DNA of 64,000 bases from Sumerlaeia bacterium. Lineage in GTDB: Bacteria > Sumerlaeota > Sumerlaeia > SLMS01 > JAHLLQ01. The position numbers and the translations under genes are program-made. Of this stretch, positions 19,040-28,534 are shown piece by piece. The stretch lies in NCBI GenBank assembly GCA_040219255.1, contig JAVJSW010000060.1, positions 160,001-224,000 on the forward strand. Reading direction: 5' to 3'. Each line of letters begins with the position of its first letter. Positions within the stretch are counted from its first letter, which is position 1. The notes under the pieces are model-generated. The model saw nothing but the letters and a program-made list of their open reading frames with translations. It was not told the origin of the DNA and made no database searches.

Positions 19040-20827
19040 TCACGGCAAGCGCTGCCGGACGATGTCGGCCACATCGAAAACGCCGTCGTCGTTGCCATCA
19101 ACCGTGTCGAGTTGACCTTCCATCAGGCCGCCGTTGAGCAGGCCAGGCAGCGATGCCAAAACCCAAAGGCCATCGTCTCCATCCTCATCGCGCCCCAGGA
19201 CCAGCAAAGCCCCCTGGCTGCCCCATTCAGCCCGCCGGACAGAGGAGAGGTCTGGAGCGGAAGTGACCTGCGTGAACTGTCCGGGCGCGAGAGTGGACTG
19301 GATCCGCAGGGGCTGCTGGGAGTCGGCGAGCCAGTCTCCAGAGATCGCGATGAGCGTCTCTTCCCGGCTGACGAGCGCGTCGAGAGCGAACCGCGGATTG
19401 TCGTCGGCGACTTCGAAAAGCCGCACTGGAGCGGGTCCACCCGGCACTGTGGCGGCCGAATAGAGGCCGAAGGAACCTCCGGTGGCGCTGGACAGAAAGA
19501 GGACTCTGTCCAACGTGGGCAGGTACTGCACCTGGGGCCGTGAATCCAGGGGCAGTCCCGCCGTGAGGAGGGCCAACCCAGAGGAACCGTCGCTCGCCAC
19601 GGAATAGACGCCTTGGGTTTCGCCGTCCGGGCCGCTGGAGGTGAAGACCAGTTGGCCGTTGGGAAACAGCTCGGCGTCATCGATGTCGAAGAGCGAGCCG
19701 GTGAGGGCGACGGGTGCGTTCTGAAAAGCCGGGTCGAACCGAAGAAGCACCGCCCTCGATTCGAGGCCTTTGGCTGGCTGTGGCTGCACGAAAAAGAAGT
19801 GCGGGTTGTCGCGGGTCAGATCGCCGCTCGAGACCGCATCGCCGAGATATTCACCTTTACGGAAAGTGGCTGCCGTCAGGTCGAGAATGGCGGTGCTTCG
19901 GACCGAGCCCGGATCGTCGAAAATGGTGTAGGCCTCATAGCGCCCCGAACCAGCCGTTCCTTCGCTGAGGAAAGTGTCTTCCACCGCCAGGGTCTGGGCG
20001 GTGGGGGTGGGGCCAGCCGAGTAAAGGAGCAGATGGGTGCCATCGTCTTGCCGGGCTTGCACGAGGAGGCGGCCATCATCAAGTACGTCGATGTCGCCAT
20101 AGGAGTTCGCGGTACCGATTTCCGCCAGGGGAAGACCGGTTTGGAGGCTGATTATGGCGAGGACGCTCGTTTCATCGAGGCCGGGCAATGGAGCGACGGT
20201 GGCCGTGCCGTCTGGCAGGACGTTCGAACCCAGATCGAGAAGCAGGTTGGGCGACCCGAATGGCATGGTTGGCAGGGTGATCGGCGTCCCGCTGGTGTCT
20301 CTGAGGAGGACGGGAGCAGCGTCGAAATCCACCGGCCAGAAAGCGAACTGTTCGCCGGCGGTGCCTGCGGGCGTTCCCTTGGCGAACCAGGCTCCCGGAA
20401 TACCAAGGGCGAAGAACGAGTCGCTTCCGGCCCATTCCAGCGGCGGGCCGTACAGATCGCGGACCCGGTTGTCGGAGACGCGGATTTGAAAGTCGTAGTT
20501 TTCCCCGGTGCCTAAAAGGGTGAGCGCGATGCCACGCTGCTGACCCAAAAAGCTGATGAAGGAGGAAAAGTGCCCGGCGGAGGTCACGGCCTCCGCGAGC
20601 GGCTCCACTGTGGACGGAGAAGAGATCGAGAAGCGCGAGACATCCGCATCGGATGTCAGCACATAAACCTGGTTGGTTGCCTCGTCGATGCTGAAGTCCG
20701 CGAGTTCCTCGTCAGCTTCGAGGCCAAGAGGCACCGGCAGAAGAAAGCCGGTATCCTGGGCGGAAGCGAGAGGACAAAGCCAGAATGTGACCACCAGGGC
20801 CACTGGCCAGACGCATAGGGAGCGCAT
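19040..20827 (-). CDS. Secreted beta-rich (propeller-like) protein with C-terminal dockerin/EF-hand-like motif
   Basis: AAAGGAGG RBS, signal peptide (…CPLASA|QD), TolB-like blade repeats, ends DGNDDGVFDVADIVRQRLP. Confidence 0.65.
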   Translation of the reverse strand: MRSLCVWPVALVVTFWLCPLASAQDTGFLLPVPLGLEADEELADFSIDEATNQVYVLTSDADVSRFSISSPSTVEPLAEAVTSAGHFSSFISFLGQQRGIALTLLGTGENYDFQIRVSDNRVRDLYGPPLEWAGSDSFFALGIPGAWFAKGTPAGTAGEQFAFWPVDFDAAPVLLRDTSGTPITLPTMPFGSPNLLLDLGSNVLPDGTATVAPLPGLDETSVLAIISLQTGLPLAEIGTANSYGDIDVLDDGRLLVQARQDDGTHLLLYSAGPTPTAQTLAVEDTFLSEGTAGSGRYEAYTIFDDPGSVRSTAILDLTAATFRKGEYLGDAVSSGDLTRDNPHFFFVQPQPAKGLESRAVLLRFDPAFQNAPVALTGSLFDIDDAELFPNGQLVFTSSGPDGETQGVYSVASDGSSGLALLTAGLPLDSRPQVQYLPTLDRVLFLSSATGGSFGLYSAATVPGGPAPVRLFEVADDNPRFALDALVSREETLIAISGDWLADSQQPLRIQSTLAPGQFTQVTSAPDLSSVRRAEWGSQGALLVLGRDEDGDDGLWVLASLPGLLNGGLMEGQLDTVDGNDDGVFDVADIVRQRLP

Positions 20828-21046
20828 GTCGTTTCCTCCTTTGGCATCCGGCAGAACGCCTCGGCGATTTGTGGAGTGTCTATCGCTTGGCAACCGGCCG
20901 GCCGGAATCAAGGAGAAAGCCCTTTGGCGTCCGCCAGAGCGCGGTGGTATGCGGAAGGCCAATCAGCGCATTGACACCCGGCAGAGGTCCGCCACAGCCT
21001 TGCCCGCAACTTATTCACTCTCCGGCAAAGAGGCCTATTCCCGGTA

Positions 21047-22342
21047 ATGACTTCCCTTTCGACCCACAGCCACCGCCCCTTCGCCTACGGCGAGGACGGC
21101 GTGCTTCATTGCGATGGCGTGCGCCTTGACGATCTCGCCCGCGAGCACGGCACGCCTCTGTTCGTTTACGGAGCGGGGGGCCTGCGGCGCGGGTTTCGGC
21201 GCATCCGCGATGCCTTCGCCGCCGCCAATCCGATGATCGCCTACAGTGTCAAAGCGAACGACAACCTGGCGATTCTCAAGCTTCTGGACAAGGAAGGGGC
21301 GGCCTTTGACATCGTGTCCGGTGGCGAGCTGGAACGCATCCGCCGGGCCGGAATCAGTGGCGACCGGGTGATTTTCGCCGGCGTCGGCAAGACTTTCACC
21401 GAAATCCGCGACGCCATTCGCTACGGCGTGCGCGAGTTCAACGTCGAGTCCCTGGGGGAGGCGGAGCGCATCGCCACGGTGGCGCAGGAGTTGGGCACCG
21501 AGGCGGCGATCGCTCTGCGCGTGAACCCGGAAGTGGACGCGAAAACCCACGCCTACATCACCACCGGCAAGAAAGAGAACAAGTTCGGCATGGCCTGGGA
21601 GGATGTGCTGAAGCTGTGCGAGCGCATCGCGGGGATGAAGGGCCTGCGGCTCGAAGGCCTGCACGCCCACATCGGCTCGCAGATTCTCGACAGTTCGCCC
21701 CACCAGCAAGCCACCGCGGTGGTGGACACGTTCCTGACGACGCTGGCGGAGCGGGGGATGAAGCTGAAGACGCTGAACTTTGGCGGCGGGTTCGGGATTT
21801 CCTATCGGCCGGAGCAGAAGCCGCTGGAGCTGGGGCCGGTGGCGGAGGTGGTGGTTGGCTTGGCGAAACGCCATGGCTTGCAGCTCTTCATGGAACCGGG
21901 CCGCAGTATCGTGGGGCCGATCGGAGCGTTGGTGACGGAAGTGCAGTACATCAAGCCGGGGCGCGAGAAGACGTTCGTGATTGTGGACGGAGCGATGACC
22001 GAGCTGATCCGTCCGTCCCTCTACCAAGCCTATCACGAAATCGTTCCGGTGCGCCAGCCCGCGCCAGGGGCCACCCGGGCCACGGTGGACGTTGTGGGGC
22101 CGGTGTGCGAGAGCGCGGACTTCCTGGCGCAGGGCCGGGAAATGATCGTGCCGGCTTCCGGAGAATTCCTGGCCGTGCTGGACGCCGGGGCCTATTGCTC
22201 GGTGATGTCGACCAATTACAACGCCCGCTGCCGTCCAGCGGAGATCTTGATCGAGGAAGACGGCGAAGCTCATGTGGTTCGCCACCGCCAGACGTACGAC
22301 GATTTGTTGCGCCACGAGTCCGTACCCTCGCATTTGGAGTGA
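21047..22342 (+). CDS. lysA: Diaminopimelate decarboxylase
   Basis: YSVKAN (PLP Lys), DIVSGGEL, HIGSQ, GGGFG, EPGRSIV, VVGPVCESAD, GAY…YN.R.RP. Confidence 0.95.
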   Translation: MTSLSTHSHRPFAYGEDGVLHCDGVRLDDLAREHGTPLFVYGAGGLRRGFRRIRDAFAAANPMIAYSVKANDNLAILKLLDKEGAAFDIVSGGELERIRRAGISGDRVIFAGVGKTFTEIRDAIRYGVREFNVESLGEAERIATVAQELGTEAAIALRVNPEVDAKTHAYITTGKKENKFGMAWEDVLKLCERIAGMKGLRLEGLHAHIGSQILDSSPHQQATAVVDTFLTTLAERGMKLKTLNFGGGFGISYRPEQKPLELGPVAEVVVGLAKRHGLQLFMEPGRSIVGPIGALVTEVQYIKPGREKTFVIVDGAMTELIRPSLYQAYHEIVPVRQPAPGATRATVDVVGPVCESADFLAQGREMIVPASGEFLAVLDAGAYCSVMSTNYNARCRPAEILIEEDGEAHVVRHRQTYDDLLRHESVPSHLE

Positions 22343-22452
22343 TCGGCCGTGCTGGTTTCCCTCGATTTCCATCTTGAGTTTGGCAGACTGTCCCAGGATT
22401 CGGGGCAACCCCACCCATTGACGTCCATTCAAACGGGACTCTTCTCGCCACC

Positions 22453-23760
22453 GTGACCGCCGAGCCGTACAGTGTCCTGATTATCGAGGACAACAAGACC
22501 GACGCGATGATCCTCAACAAGATCATCACCAAGCACGCGCTCGCCAAAGTGCAGGTGGTTTCCGACGGGCTCGAGGGACTGACCGAGTGCTTTCGCCTCC
22601 GGCCCGACACCTTGATTCTGGACCTGGAATTGCCGGGCATCCGGGGCGAGGAAATCTGCCGTTTGATCCGCTCGTCATCGACCTTGCGCGATCTTCCCAT
22701 TCTGGTCGTGTCCGAACTGCCGGACGCCAAGCGCCGCGAGATGGAAATGCTGCGCCTCGGCGCCGATCACTACATGGAGAAACCCTTCGTCGAAGTCGAC
22801 TTCGTCGCGGCGCTGCGCAACCTTCTGCATCAATGCGAAGACAGCACCGTGATCGAGTCGAGCGACGCGCTGCCGCTCGATGACTTGCAGGATCCTCTGG
22901 CGGACACGGAAGAAAGCCTTGGGCGGCATGAACCGGCCGACTCGATCCAGACTTTTCAGGGCTATCACCTGCTCGATGTCCTCGGCGCCGGCGGCATGGG
23001 CACGGTCTATCGCGCCCAGCAGATCAAACTGATGCGGACCGTGGCGCTCAAGGTTTTGCTGGAGCACTTCACCCAGGACCACCAGGTCCGGCGCCGATTC
23101 CAGCGCGAAGCCCTGATCATGGCCCAGGTCAATCACAACAACATCGTGCAGGTCTACGACGTCGGCAACACGGAGTACACCTCGTACTTCGCCATGGAGT
23201 ATGTGGATGGGCCATCGCTGCACGCGATGATTATCGAGGAGTCGCTGAACTGGCCGATGGTCGCGCGGGTCGTCGGCGAAGTGTGCGACGCGGTGGCATA
23301 CCTTCATTCCCAGGGCATCATCCACCGCGATATCAAACCGTCGAACATCCTGATCAACGGAAACGGCGTGGCGAAGATGACCGACTTCGGCATCAGCCGC
23401 GCCAAGCTGCCCGTCGACATCAGCCAAGTGGAAGACACCACCAACGAATACGCGATCCTGGGGACGATGAATTACATGGCGCCGGAACTGCTCTATGGCG
23501 GGGCGGCGACGGAGTTGACGGATCAGTTCGCCATGGGGCGGACGTTCTGGCGGCTCCTGGTCGGGATGGATGCGTTCGATCTGGACAAGCCATTGCACGC
23601 GTACCGGCCCGATCTGCCGATCGAATTGAGCAAGGCGATCGGTCGCTGCATGGATCCGGCGCCGGACCGCCGCTATCCCTCCATCGCGGCGGCGAAAGAG
23701 GCGATCCTGGCGGAGATCGAGGTGGCCCAGCACTTGGCGCCGGTGTACCGCGAGAGCTGA
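22453..23760 (+). CDS. Response-regulator receiver fused to a Hanks-type Ser/Thr protein kinase
   Basis: N-terminal REC (IIEDN, ILDLELPG, EKPF) and kinase motifs GAGGMG, VALK, HRDIKPSN, DFG, YMAPE. No TM helix. Confidence 0.9.
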   Translation: MTAEPYSVLIIEDNKTDAMILNKIITKHALAKVQVVSDGLEGLTECFRLRPDTLILDLELPGIRGEEICRLIRSSSTLRDLPILVVSELPDAKRREMEMLRLGADHYMEKPFVEVDFVAALRNLLHQCEDSTVIESSDALPLDDLQDPLADTEESLGRHEPADSIQTFQGYHLLDVLGAGGMGTVYRAQQIKLMRTVALKVLLEHFTQDHQVRRRFQREALIMAQVNHNNIVQVYDVGNTEYTSYFAMEYVDGPSLHAMIIEESLNWPMVARVVGEVCDAVAYLHSQGIIHRDIKPSNILINGNGVAKMTDFGISRAKLPVDISQVEDTTNEYAILGTMNYMAPELLYGGAATELTDQFAMGRTFWRLLVGMDAFDLDKPLHAYRPDLPIELSKAIGRCMDPAPDRRYPSIAAAKEAILAEIEVAQHLAPVYRES

Positions 23761-23777
23761 GAATCCAAGCGAACACG

Positions 23778-23812
23778 AAAAAAGCCACCCCGGCGAAGAG
23801 AACCGGAGTGGC
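23778..23812 (-). terminator. Probable intrinsic terminator for the minus-strand transcript
   Basis: Stem GCCAC(C)CCGG…CCGG(A)GTGGC preceded on + by AAAAAA, which gives a U-tract on the minus strand. It lies between convergent genes. Confidence 0.6.
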
Positions 23813-23863
23813 GTGAATCGGAGACATCTTTGTTCCGGCGGGGAGCCGGAGAAGATGGAGGGT

Positions 23864-24055
23864 TTAGGAGTGCGGACCGCCCCGCAGAAGTTGCGTCAGG
23901 ACCAGGGCGGCGGTGCAGAGGCCCGCCACCAGCAAGGACAGGGCGAAAGCGGCTGTCATGGACTTGCTGACCACCGACTTGCGGTGATCTTGATCCGCGG
24001 CGACTTCGCGGACGCGTTCAGGGTCTACGGCCCCGGGGCCGTGAGGCATGGCCAT
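23864..24055 (-). CDS. Small single-TM hypothetical protein
   Basis: GAAGGAG RBS upstream, one C-terminal hydrophobic helix, located between the RNase gene and the terminator. Confidence 0.5.
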   Translation of the reverse strand: MAMPHGPGAVDPERVREVAADQDHRKSVVSKSMTAAFALSLLVAGLCTAALVLTQLLRGGPHS

Positions 24056-24124
24056 GGTACATGGTCTCCTTCATGTGCGGTCGTCCCTCTTCTTTTGGAA
24101 GGCGGGACGATGATTGGACGGCGG

Positions 24125-24493
24125 TTAGCCTTTCGCCTTCTTGGCGGCCTTTTTGGCGGAGGACTTCTTCGCCGCGCCGGCAGGCTTCGCCGCCGCAGCT
24201 TTCTTAGGAGCCGCCGCTTTCGGGGTCGAGGCTTTCTTTGCCGCCGCCGCCTTCTTGGGAGCAGCCGCCTTCTTAGGTGCCGCGGCTTTCTTGGGAGCGA
24301 CCGCCTTCTTGGGAGCAGCCGCTTTCTTCGGGGCGGCGGCCTTCTTGGGCGCAGCCGCCTTCTTGGGAGCGGGCTTCGGCTCGGCGGGGGTTTCCGCCGC
24401 TACGGGCTCTTTGGGAGCGACCGCTTTTTTCGCCGCCTTCTTGGTGGCCGTCTTCTTCGCGGCGGGCTTCGTGGTGGACTTCTTCTTGGCCAT
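24125..24493 (-). CDS. Putative histone-H1-like Lys/Ala/Pro-rich protein, in-frame internal ORF of the RNase gene (122 aa)
   Basis: Minus strand reads GGAGG-CACCCACC-ATG GCC AAG AAG AAG, giving MAKKKSTTKPAAKK… with PKKAAA repeats. Confidence 0.5.
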   Translation of the reverse strand: MAKKKSTTKPAAKKTATKKAAKKAVAPKEPVAAETPAEPKPAPKKAAAPKKAAAPKKAAAPKKAVAPKKAAAPKKAAAPKKAAAAKKASTPKAAAPKKAAAAKPAGAAKKSSAKKAAKKAKG

Positions 24494-26917
24494 GGTGGGT
24501 GCCTCCGATGTGGGATCATCGCTCGCCGGGTCCGAATCCGTGCGATTCGATGACGAGGTATGGGGTTGAACCGCCGAAGCGGGTTTTTGATTCCGGGACT
24601 TTCGCGTTTCCCCTCCCTTAGCCTGCGCCGGGGGGGAGATCTTCTGCTCCCCCAGGCCCCAGGCCCCCACGAGTTCCACGACGTCCGAGCGGATCAGGGT
24701 CCGCAGGTCCGGCGCTTCGTAGGACTTGTCCAGCTCCCCGGGGGGAGTCGGATTCGGTGTTCGCGGCGGGCGGTCGCCAAAGGCGCCCTTGCGAATCGAT
24801 TCCACAGCCCGGCCACGGCCGTAAATCACACGGACGCCGCTGGAAAGCGTTTCGCCGCTTTCCGGCACGGGCACGGTCTGAGCGCTCGCTTTGAAAGACG
24901 CTGGGTCTTTCCCCGCGGCGGGTGGGCTCATCACTTCGGCGCGAGGCACGGCGGCCGCCGCGATCTCAGGCGCCAAGGGCTCGACGTCGCGCTCGATGGC
25001 CGCTGGGTCGACGGGTTCGTGCGCCAGCGAACGAAGCCAAGGCGAATCGGCCTCCAACTCTGCGCCTTCGGACTCTTCGTCCTCTGTTCCGCCTTCGTCC
25101 TCGGGACGGCGACCGCGGCGCCGACGGCCACCACGCCGCCCACGGCGTGTGCGGCGCTTCTTGCCCTCTTCATCTTCTTCGTCGTCCGATTCCGGATCCA
25201 GAGTCCGCTCCAGCGACGAGTCTTCCAGTTCTTCTTCGAGGACCGCTTCCACGGCCACAAGGGTCCGCACGTCGGACGGCAGGTCCTCGTAGGCGATCGG
25301 CGGAGCCACGGCCTCGTCTTCCTCGATGCGCTCGCGCGGTGTGCGGGGCGCCTTGCGGCGCGGCTTTTCCACCGGCGTGATGGTGAAGTCCTCGCGATGG
25401 AAATCCGAGTCGGCGCGGAACAGCAGTTCCAGATCGTGAAGAGATTCGAGCGCGGCGATGCTTTCCGCCAGGTCTTCCTGCAGCGTTTCCAGCAAAGTCG
25501 GTTCGCACGTCACGACGAAGCCGCTGAAGGCGCTCTTCGAGACGCCGACCTGGCGTTCGATTTCCGAACGCATGCGGCGCCACACTTCCCGGGGACGCAG
25601 CACAAGACCGGTGCCGTTGGTGTACGGATCGGGTTCGAAGACCTGCTTGAGGAGCGATTTGCGGATGCGCTTGCGGGTCATGATGAGGAGGCCGAAATCG
25701 CCGACGCGGCCCACGCTGCTCTTGGCGCGGTCCGGCTTCATGGCCTGGCGCAGTTCGTCATACACGCGGGTTTGGTTGTCGCGCGATTGCATGTCGATGA
25801 AATCGACGACGATGATGCCGCCGATGTCGCGCAGGCGAATCTGCTCCGCGATGGTCTGACAGGCTTCCAGGTTCGTCTTGAAAGAGGTGCTTTCCTGATT
25901 CTTGTTGCCGGTGAATTTGCCGGTGTTGACGTCGATAGCGGTCAGGGCCTCGGTTTCGTCGATGACGATGGAGCCACCGGACTTGAGCGGCACGGTGCGT
26001 TGGAAAGCCGACTTGAGCTGATCTTCCAGGCGATACTTGTCGAAGATGGGCTCGTGGCCGTGATAGAGCTTCACGCGCTCCACCAGGTCCGGCAGATCCT
26101 GGTCCAGGGCCGCTTCGAGCTCCTGCTTCAGTTCCACGTCATCGACGATGATTTCGTCGACCGATTGGCTGAAGGCGTCGCGCACGAGGCGGGGGATGAT
26201 GTCGTGATCGCTGTAGACGAGGCCGGGTTTCTTGCGGGCGCGGAAGCGTTCGCAGAGAGTTTGCCATTGCTCGCGCAGATTCTCCACGTCCGAACGGACC
26301 GAGTCTTCATCGGCGTTGGCGCCCGCGGTGCGAACGATGAAGGAGTCCATGTCGCTGCGCAGTTCATCGAGGAGCTTGCGGAGTTTGTCGCGATTGCGGC
26401 CCTGGGCGATGCGCTTGGACACGCCGCCGGACTGGCCGGGGAAGGGCAGCAGGACCACGAAGCGGCCAGCGATCGCCAGGTTCGTCGAGGCGCGGGGGGC
26501 TTTGGTTCCGATGCCGTCCTTGATGACCTGCACGATGATGCTATCGCCAGCCCGGATGGGGGCTTCGGCATCGCGGGCGCGCAGATCGACTTTCGGCCGG
26601 CGCCCTTTGCGTTCGAGGCGGCCGGGAATGCTTTCGCCCGCCGCTTCGATCAGGGCTTCATCCAGGTCTTCCGAGTCCATCACCAGAGCTTCGGTGCGGA
26701 TGTCGAGGAAGTGGAGGAAGAGATTGCGTTCGATTCCGACGTCGATAAAGGCGGCCTGGAGACCCGGCTTCACGTCCTGAACGACGCCGCGATAGATGTT
26801 ACCGACGAGGGATTTTTGGGAGAAATCTTCCTGGTGGAGCTCGACGAGGCGGTTGTTTTCGAGAAACGCGACGCGGATGTCGAAATCGCCCCGGTTGATG
26901 ACAACTTGCTTACGCAT
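24125..26917 (-). CDS. rne: Rne/Rng family ribonuclease (RNase E/G) with long disordered C-terminal region
   Basis: S1 domain (GNIYRGVV…GLQAAFIDVG), ETEALTAIDVNTG, IRLRDIGGIIVVDFIDM, Arg-rich KRRTRRGRRGGRRRR and a Lys/Ala tail. Confidence 0.9.
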   Translation of the reverse strand: MRKQVVINRGDFDIRVAFLENNRLVELHQEDFSQKSLVGNIYRGVVQDVKPGLQAAFIDVGIERNLFLHFLDIRTEALVMDSEDLDEALIEAAGESIPGRLERKGRRPKVDLRARDAEAPIRAGDSIIVQVIKDGIGTKAPRASTNLAIAGRFVVLLPFPGQSGGVSKRIAQGRNRDKLRKLLDELRSDMDSFIVRTAGANADEDSVRSDVENLREQWQTLCERFRARKKPGLVYSDHDIIPRLVRDAFSQSVDEIIVDDVELKQELEAALDQDLPDLVERVKLYHGHEPIFDKYRLEDQLKSAFQRTVPLKSGGSIVIDETEALTAIDVNTGKFTGNKNQESTSFKTNLEACQTIAEQIRLRDIGGIIVVDFIDMQSRDNQTRVYDELRQAMKPDRAKSSVGRVGDFGLLIMTRKRIRKSLLKQVFEPDPYTNGTGLVLRPREVWRRMRSEIERQVGVSKSAFSGFVVTCEPTLLETLQEDLAESIAALESLHDLELLFRADSDFHREDFTITPVEKPRRKAPRTPRERIEEDEAVAPPIAYEDLPSDVRTLVAVEAVLEEELEDSSLERTLDPESDDEEDEEGKKRRTRRGRRGGRRRRGRRPEDEGGTEDEESEGAELEADSPWLRSLAHEPVDPAAIERDVEPLAPEIAAAAVPRAEVMSPPAAGKDPASFKASAQTVPVPESGETLSSGVRVIYGRGRAVESIRKGAFGDRPPRTPNPTPPGELDKSYEAPDLRTLIRSDVVELVGAWGLGEQKISPPAQAKGGETRKSRNQKPASAVQPHTSSSNRTDSDPASDDPTSEAPTMAKKKSTTKPAAKKTATKKAAKKAVAPKEPVAAETPAEPKPAPKKAAAPKKAAAPKKAAAPKKAVAPKKAAAPKKAAAPKKAAAAKKASTPKAAAPKKAAAAKPAGAAKKSSAKKAAKKAKG
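24242..24367 (-). repeat. Seven tandem 18-bp units encoding PKKA(A/V)A
   Basis: Read directly from the sequence. Synonymous codons vary between units. Confidence 0.9.
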
Positions 26918-27442
26918 AGAGGGGGGTGTCACTTCTGGTGGTGGGCCGTGGCGCGCGGGCGGAGGTCCACTCCGCATGGCGCGAAAGGCGGGAGGTCGCC
27001 GCCGGCCGAGGGAGGAACCCCTGCGAGGCTTGGCGCGATTGCCCATCCAACGGCTTGGAATGTGGCGGAACGGATTCAGCGGCGCCCGCAAGACCAGCGC
27101 GAATCTTCGCTGCTCGGTCTGGCTGCCGGATGAGGCCCGCTCCTGGAAAACGAAAACTCTCGGCGGAAACTCTCCGCCGGTCTTCCTGTGTCGCATCGTC
27201 GCTTTCGAAGCGCGTGCCGCAAGTCAAATGGTCTTCCGCAAGAAAAACTTTCATACCAATTGGCTCGCCTAACGATTCCCAAACGTCAAGAGACAATCGG
27301 TCTGAAATGAATTTTTTCCACAACTTCTCTCGCGAACAAAATCAACTCTCCCTCCGCACCTTCCCGCCATTGACGCCCAAAGCCCCCCTCTGCACCCTGC
27401 TGCCACCCCATTCCTCCCCACTCCCCAAGGACACTTTCCGCG

Positions 27443-27901
27443 ATGATCCACGGCGTCAAAACCCGCAAACTCACCCCCCACTGCGACGAACGCGGCCGCT
27501 TGATGGAAATGCTGCGCCGGGACGATCCGGAAATGGACGTCACCTTCGGCCAGGTCTACGTCACCACCGCCTATCCCGGCGTCGTCAAAGCCTGGCATTA
27601 CCACAAAATGCAGACCGATCACTTCGTCTGCCTCAAGGGCATGGCCAAGGTGGTCCTCTACGACGACCGTGCCGACTCGCCCACCAAAGGCGAGGTCAAC
27701 GAGTTCTTCCTCGGCGAGCACAACCCTCTCATCGTCGAAATCCCCAAATTCGTCTACCACGGCTTCAAGTGCATCGGTGAAGGCGAAGCGATGATCGTCA
27801 ACATCACGACGAACACCTACAACTACAAGAACCCGGACGAGTACCGCATCGATCCCCACAGCGGCCAGATCCCCTACGACTGGTCGCGCAAAGACAGCTG
27901 A
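27443..27901 (+). CDS. dTDP-4-dehydrorhamnose 3,5-epimerase (RmlC-like cupin) family protein
   Basis: DERGRLME, PGVVKAWHYH, D.R.DSPT, IPKFVYHGF. Confidence 0.85.
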   Translation: MIHGVKTRKLTPHCDERGRLMEMLRRDDPEMDVTFGQVYVTTAYPGVVKAWHYHKMQTDHFVCLKGMAKVVLYDDRADSPTKGEVNEFFLGEHNPLIVEIPKFVYHGFKCIGEGEAMIVNITTNTYNYKNPDEYRIDPHSGQIPYDWSRKDS

Positions 27902-27976
27902 GACCGAAAGGGAGCCAGCCCTCGCAGGCCGGCCCCCCTCCAGGCGTGGCGTGGCCGAACGATCGCCGGTTCGGCC

Positions 27977-28414
27977 TCAGGCGCCCTCCCAAAGCTCCCG
28001 CACCTCTTTCGGCAGCATGGACTTCACGTCTTCTTGCAGGCCTTCGGAAAGATGGTCGTTGAGGAGGCGGAAAACGGCGCTCGAGGCGATTTCCGGATCG
28101 ATCTGGATGGCGTTGCGGTGGAGTTCCTCTCGCACCATCTCGAGGAAGCCTTCCTTGTCCCGCGTCGTCTTCGGCGTGTCCGTCGGCCTCCAGCCTTCGT
28201 AGTAGACGCCCCGCAGCAGGATCGGCAACTGGGCGCCGAGGTGCGCCGCTTCGTTGATCGTGATGCGATCGCGGACGCTGTGCAGCACGGCGCGGATGGC
28301 CTTGAAGGCCTCCTCTTCGTCCCGGAATCCGGTCCGGTTCGTCAGGTCTTTCAGCCAGATCTGCGTCTTGTGGATGGTTTCGTCCAGGGTCGTAACGGGA
28401 AGTGTGGTGGTCAT
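27977..28414 (-). CDS. DUF2267 domain protein
   Basis: GGAGGAG RBS. 'RAVLHSVRDRI…AAHLGAQLPILLRGVYYEGW…LPKEVRELW'. Confidence 0.85.
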   Translation of the reverse strand: MTTTLPVTTLDETIHKTQIWLKDLTNRTGFRDEEEAFKAIRAVLHSVRDRITINEAAHLGAQLPILLRGVYYEGWRPTDTPKTTRDKEGFLEMVREELHRNAIQIDPEIASSAVFRLLNDHLSEGLQEDVKSMLPKEVRELWEGA

Positions 28415-28512
28415 GATCGGTGTTCTCCTCCATGTGGGAATTGGGCACGGGAGAGGGGGCGCAACCGCTGTTCCGGACGAGATCTCGGCCCATGTTGAAG
28501 GAGAAGACCGGC

Positions 28513-28534
28513 GAGCTTTTCTGATGAAAAGCTC
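28513..28534. promoter_or_regulatory. Perfect 9-4-9 palindrome in a divergent intergenic region (candidate operator)
   Basis: GAGCTTTTC-TGAT-GAAAAGCTC. Confidence 0.45.

Noticed and set aside
24242-24367. Tandem repeats here and at 62379-62843 as a possible CRISPR array
   Set aside because: They are in-frame coding repeats with synonymous variation and no spacers, and no cas genes are present.
26930-27240. Possible RNase P RNA, tmRNA or SRP RNA in the structured intergenic region
   Set aside because: I found no GAGGAAAGUCC or other hallmark motif on either strand, so it is kept only as a candidate rne leader.
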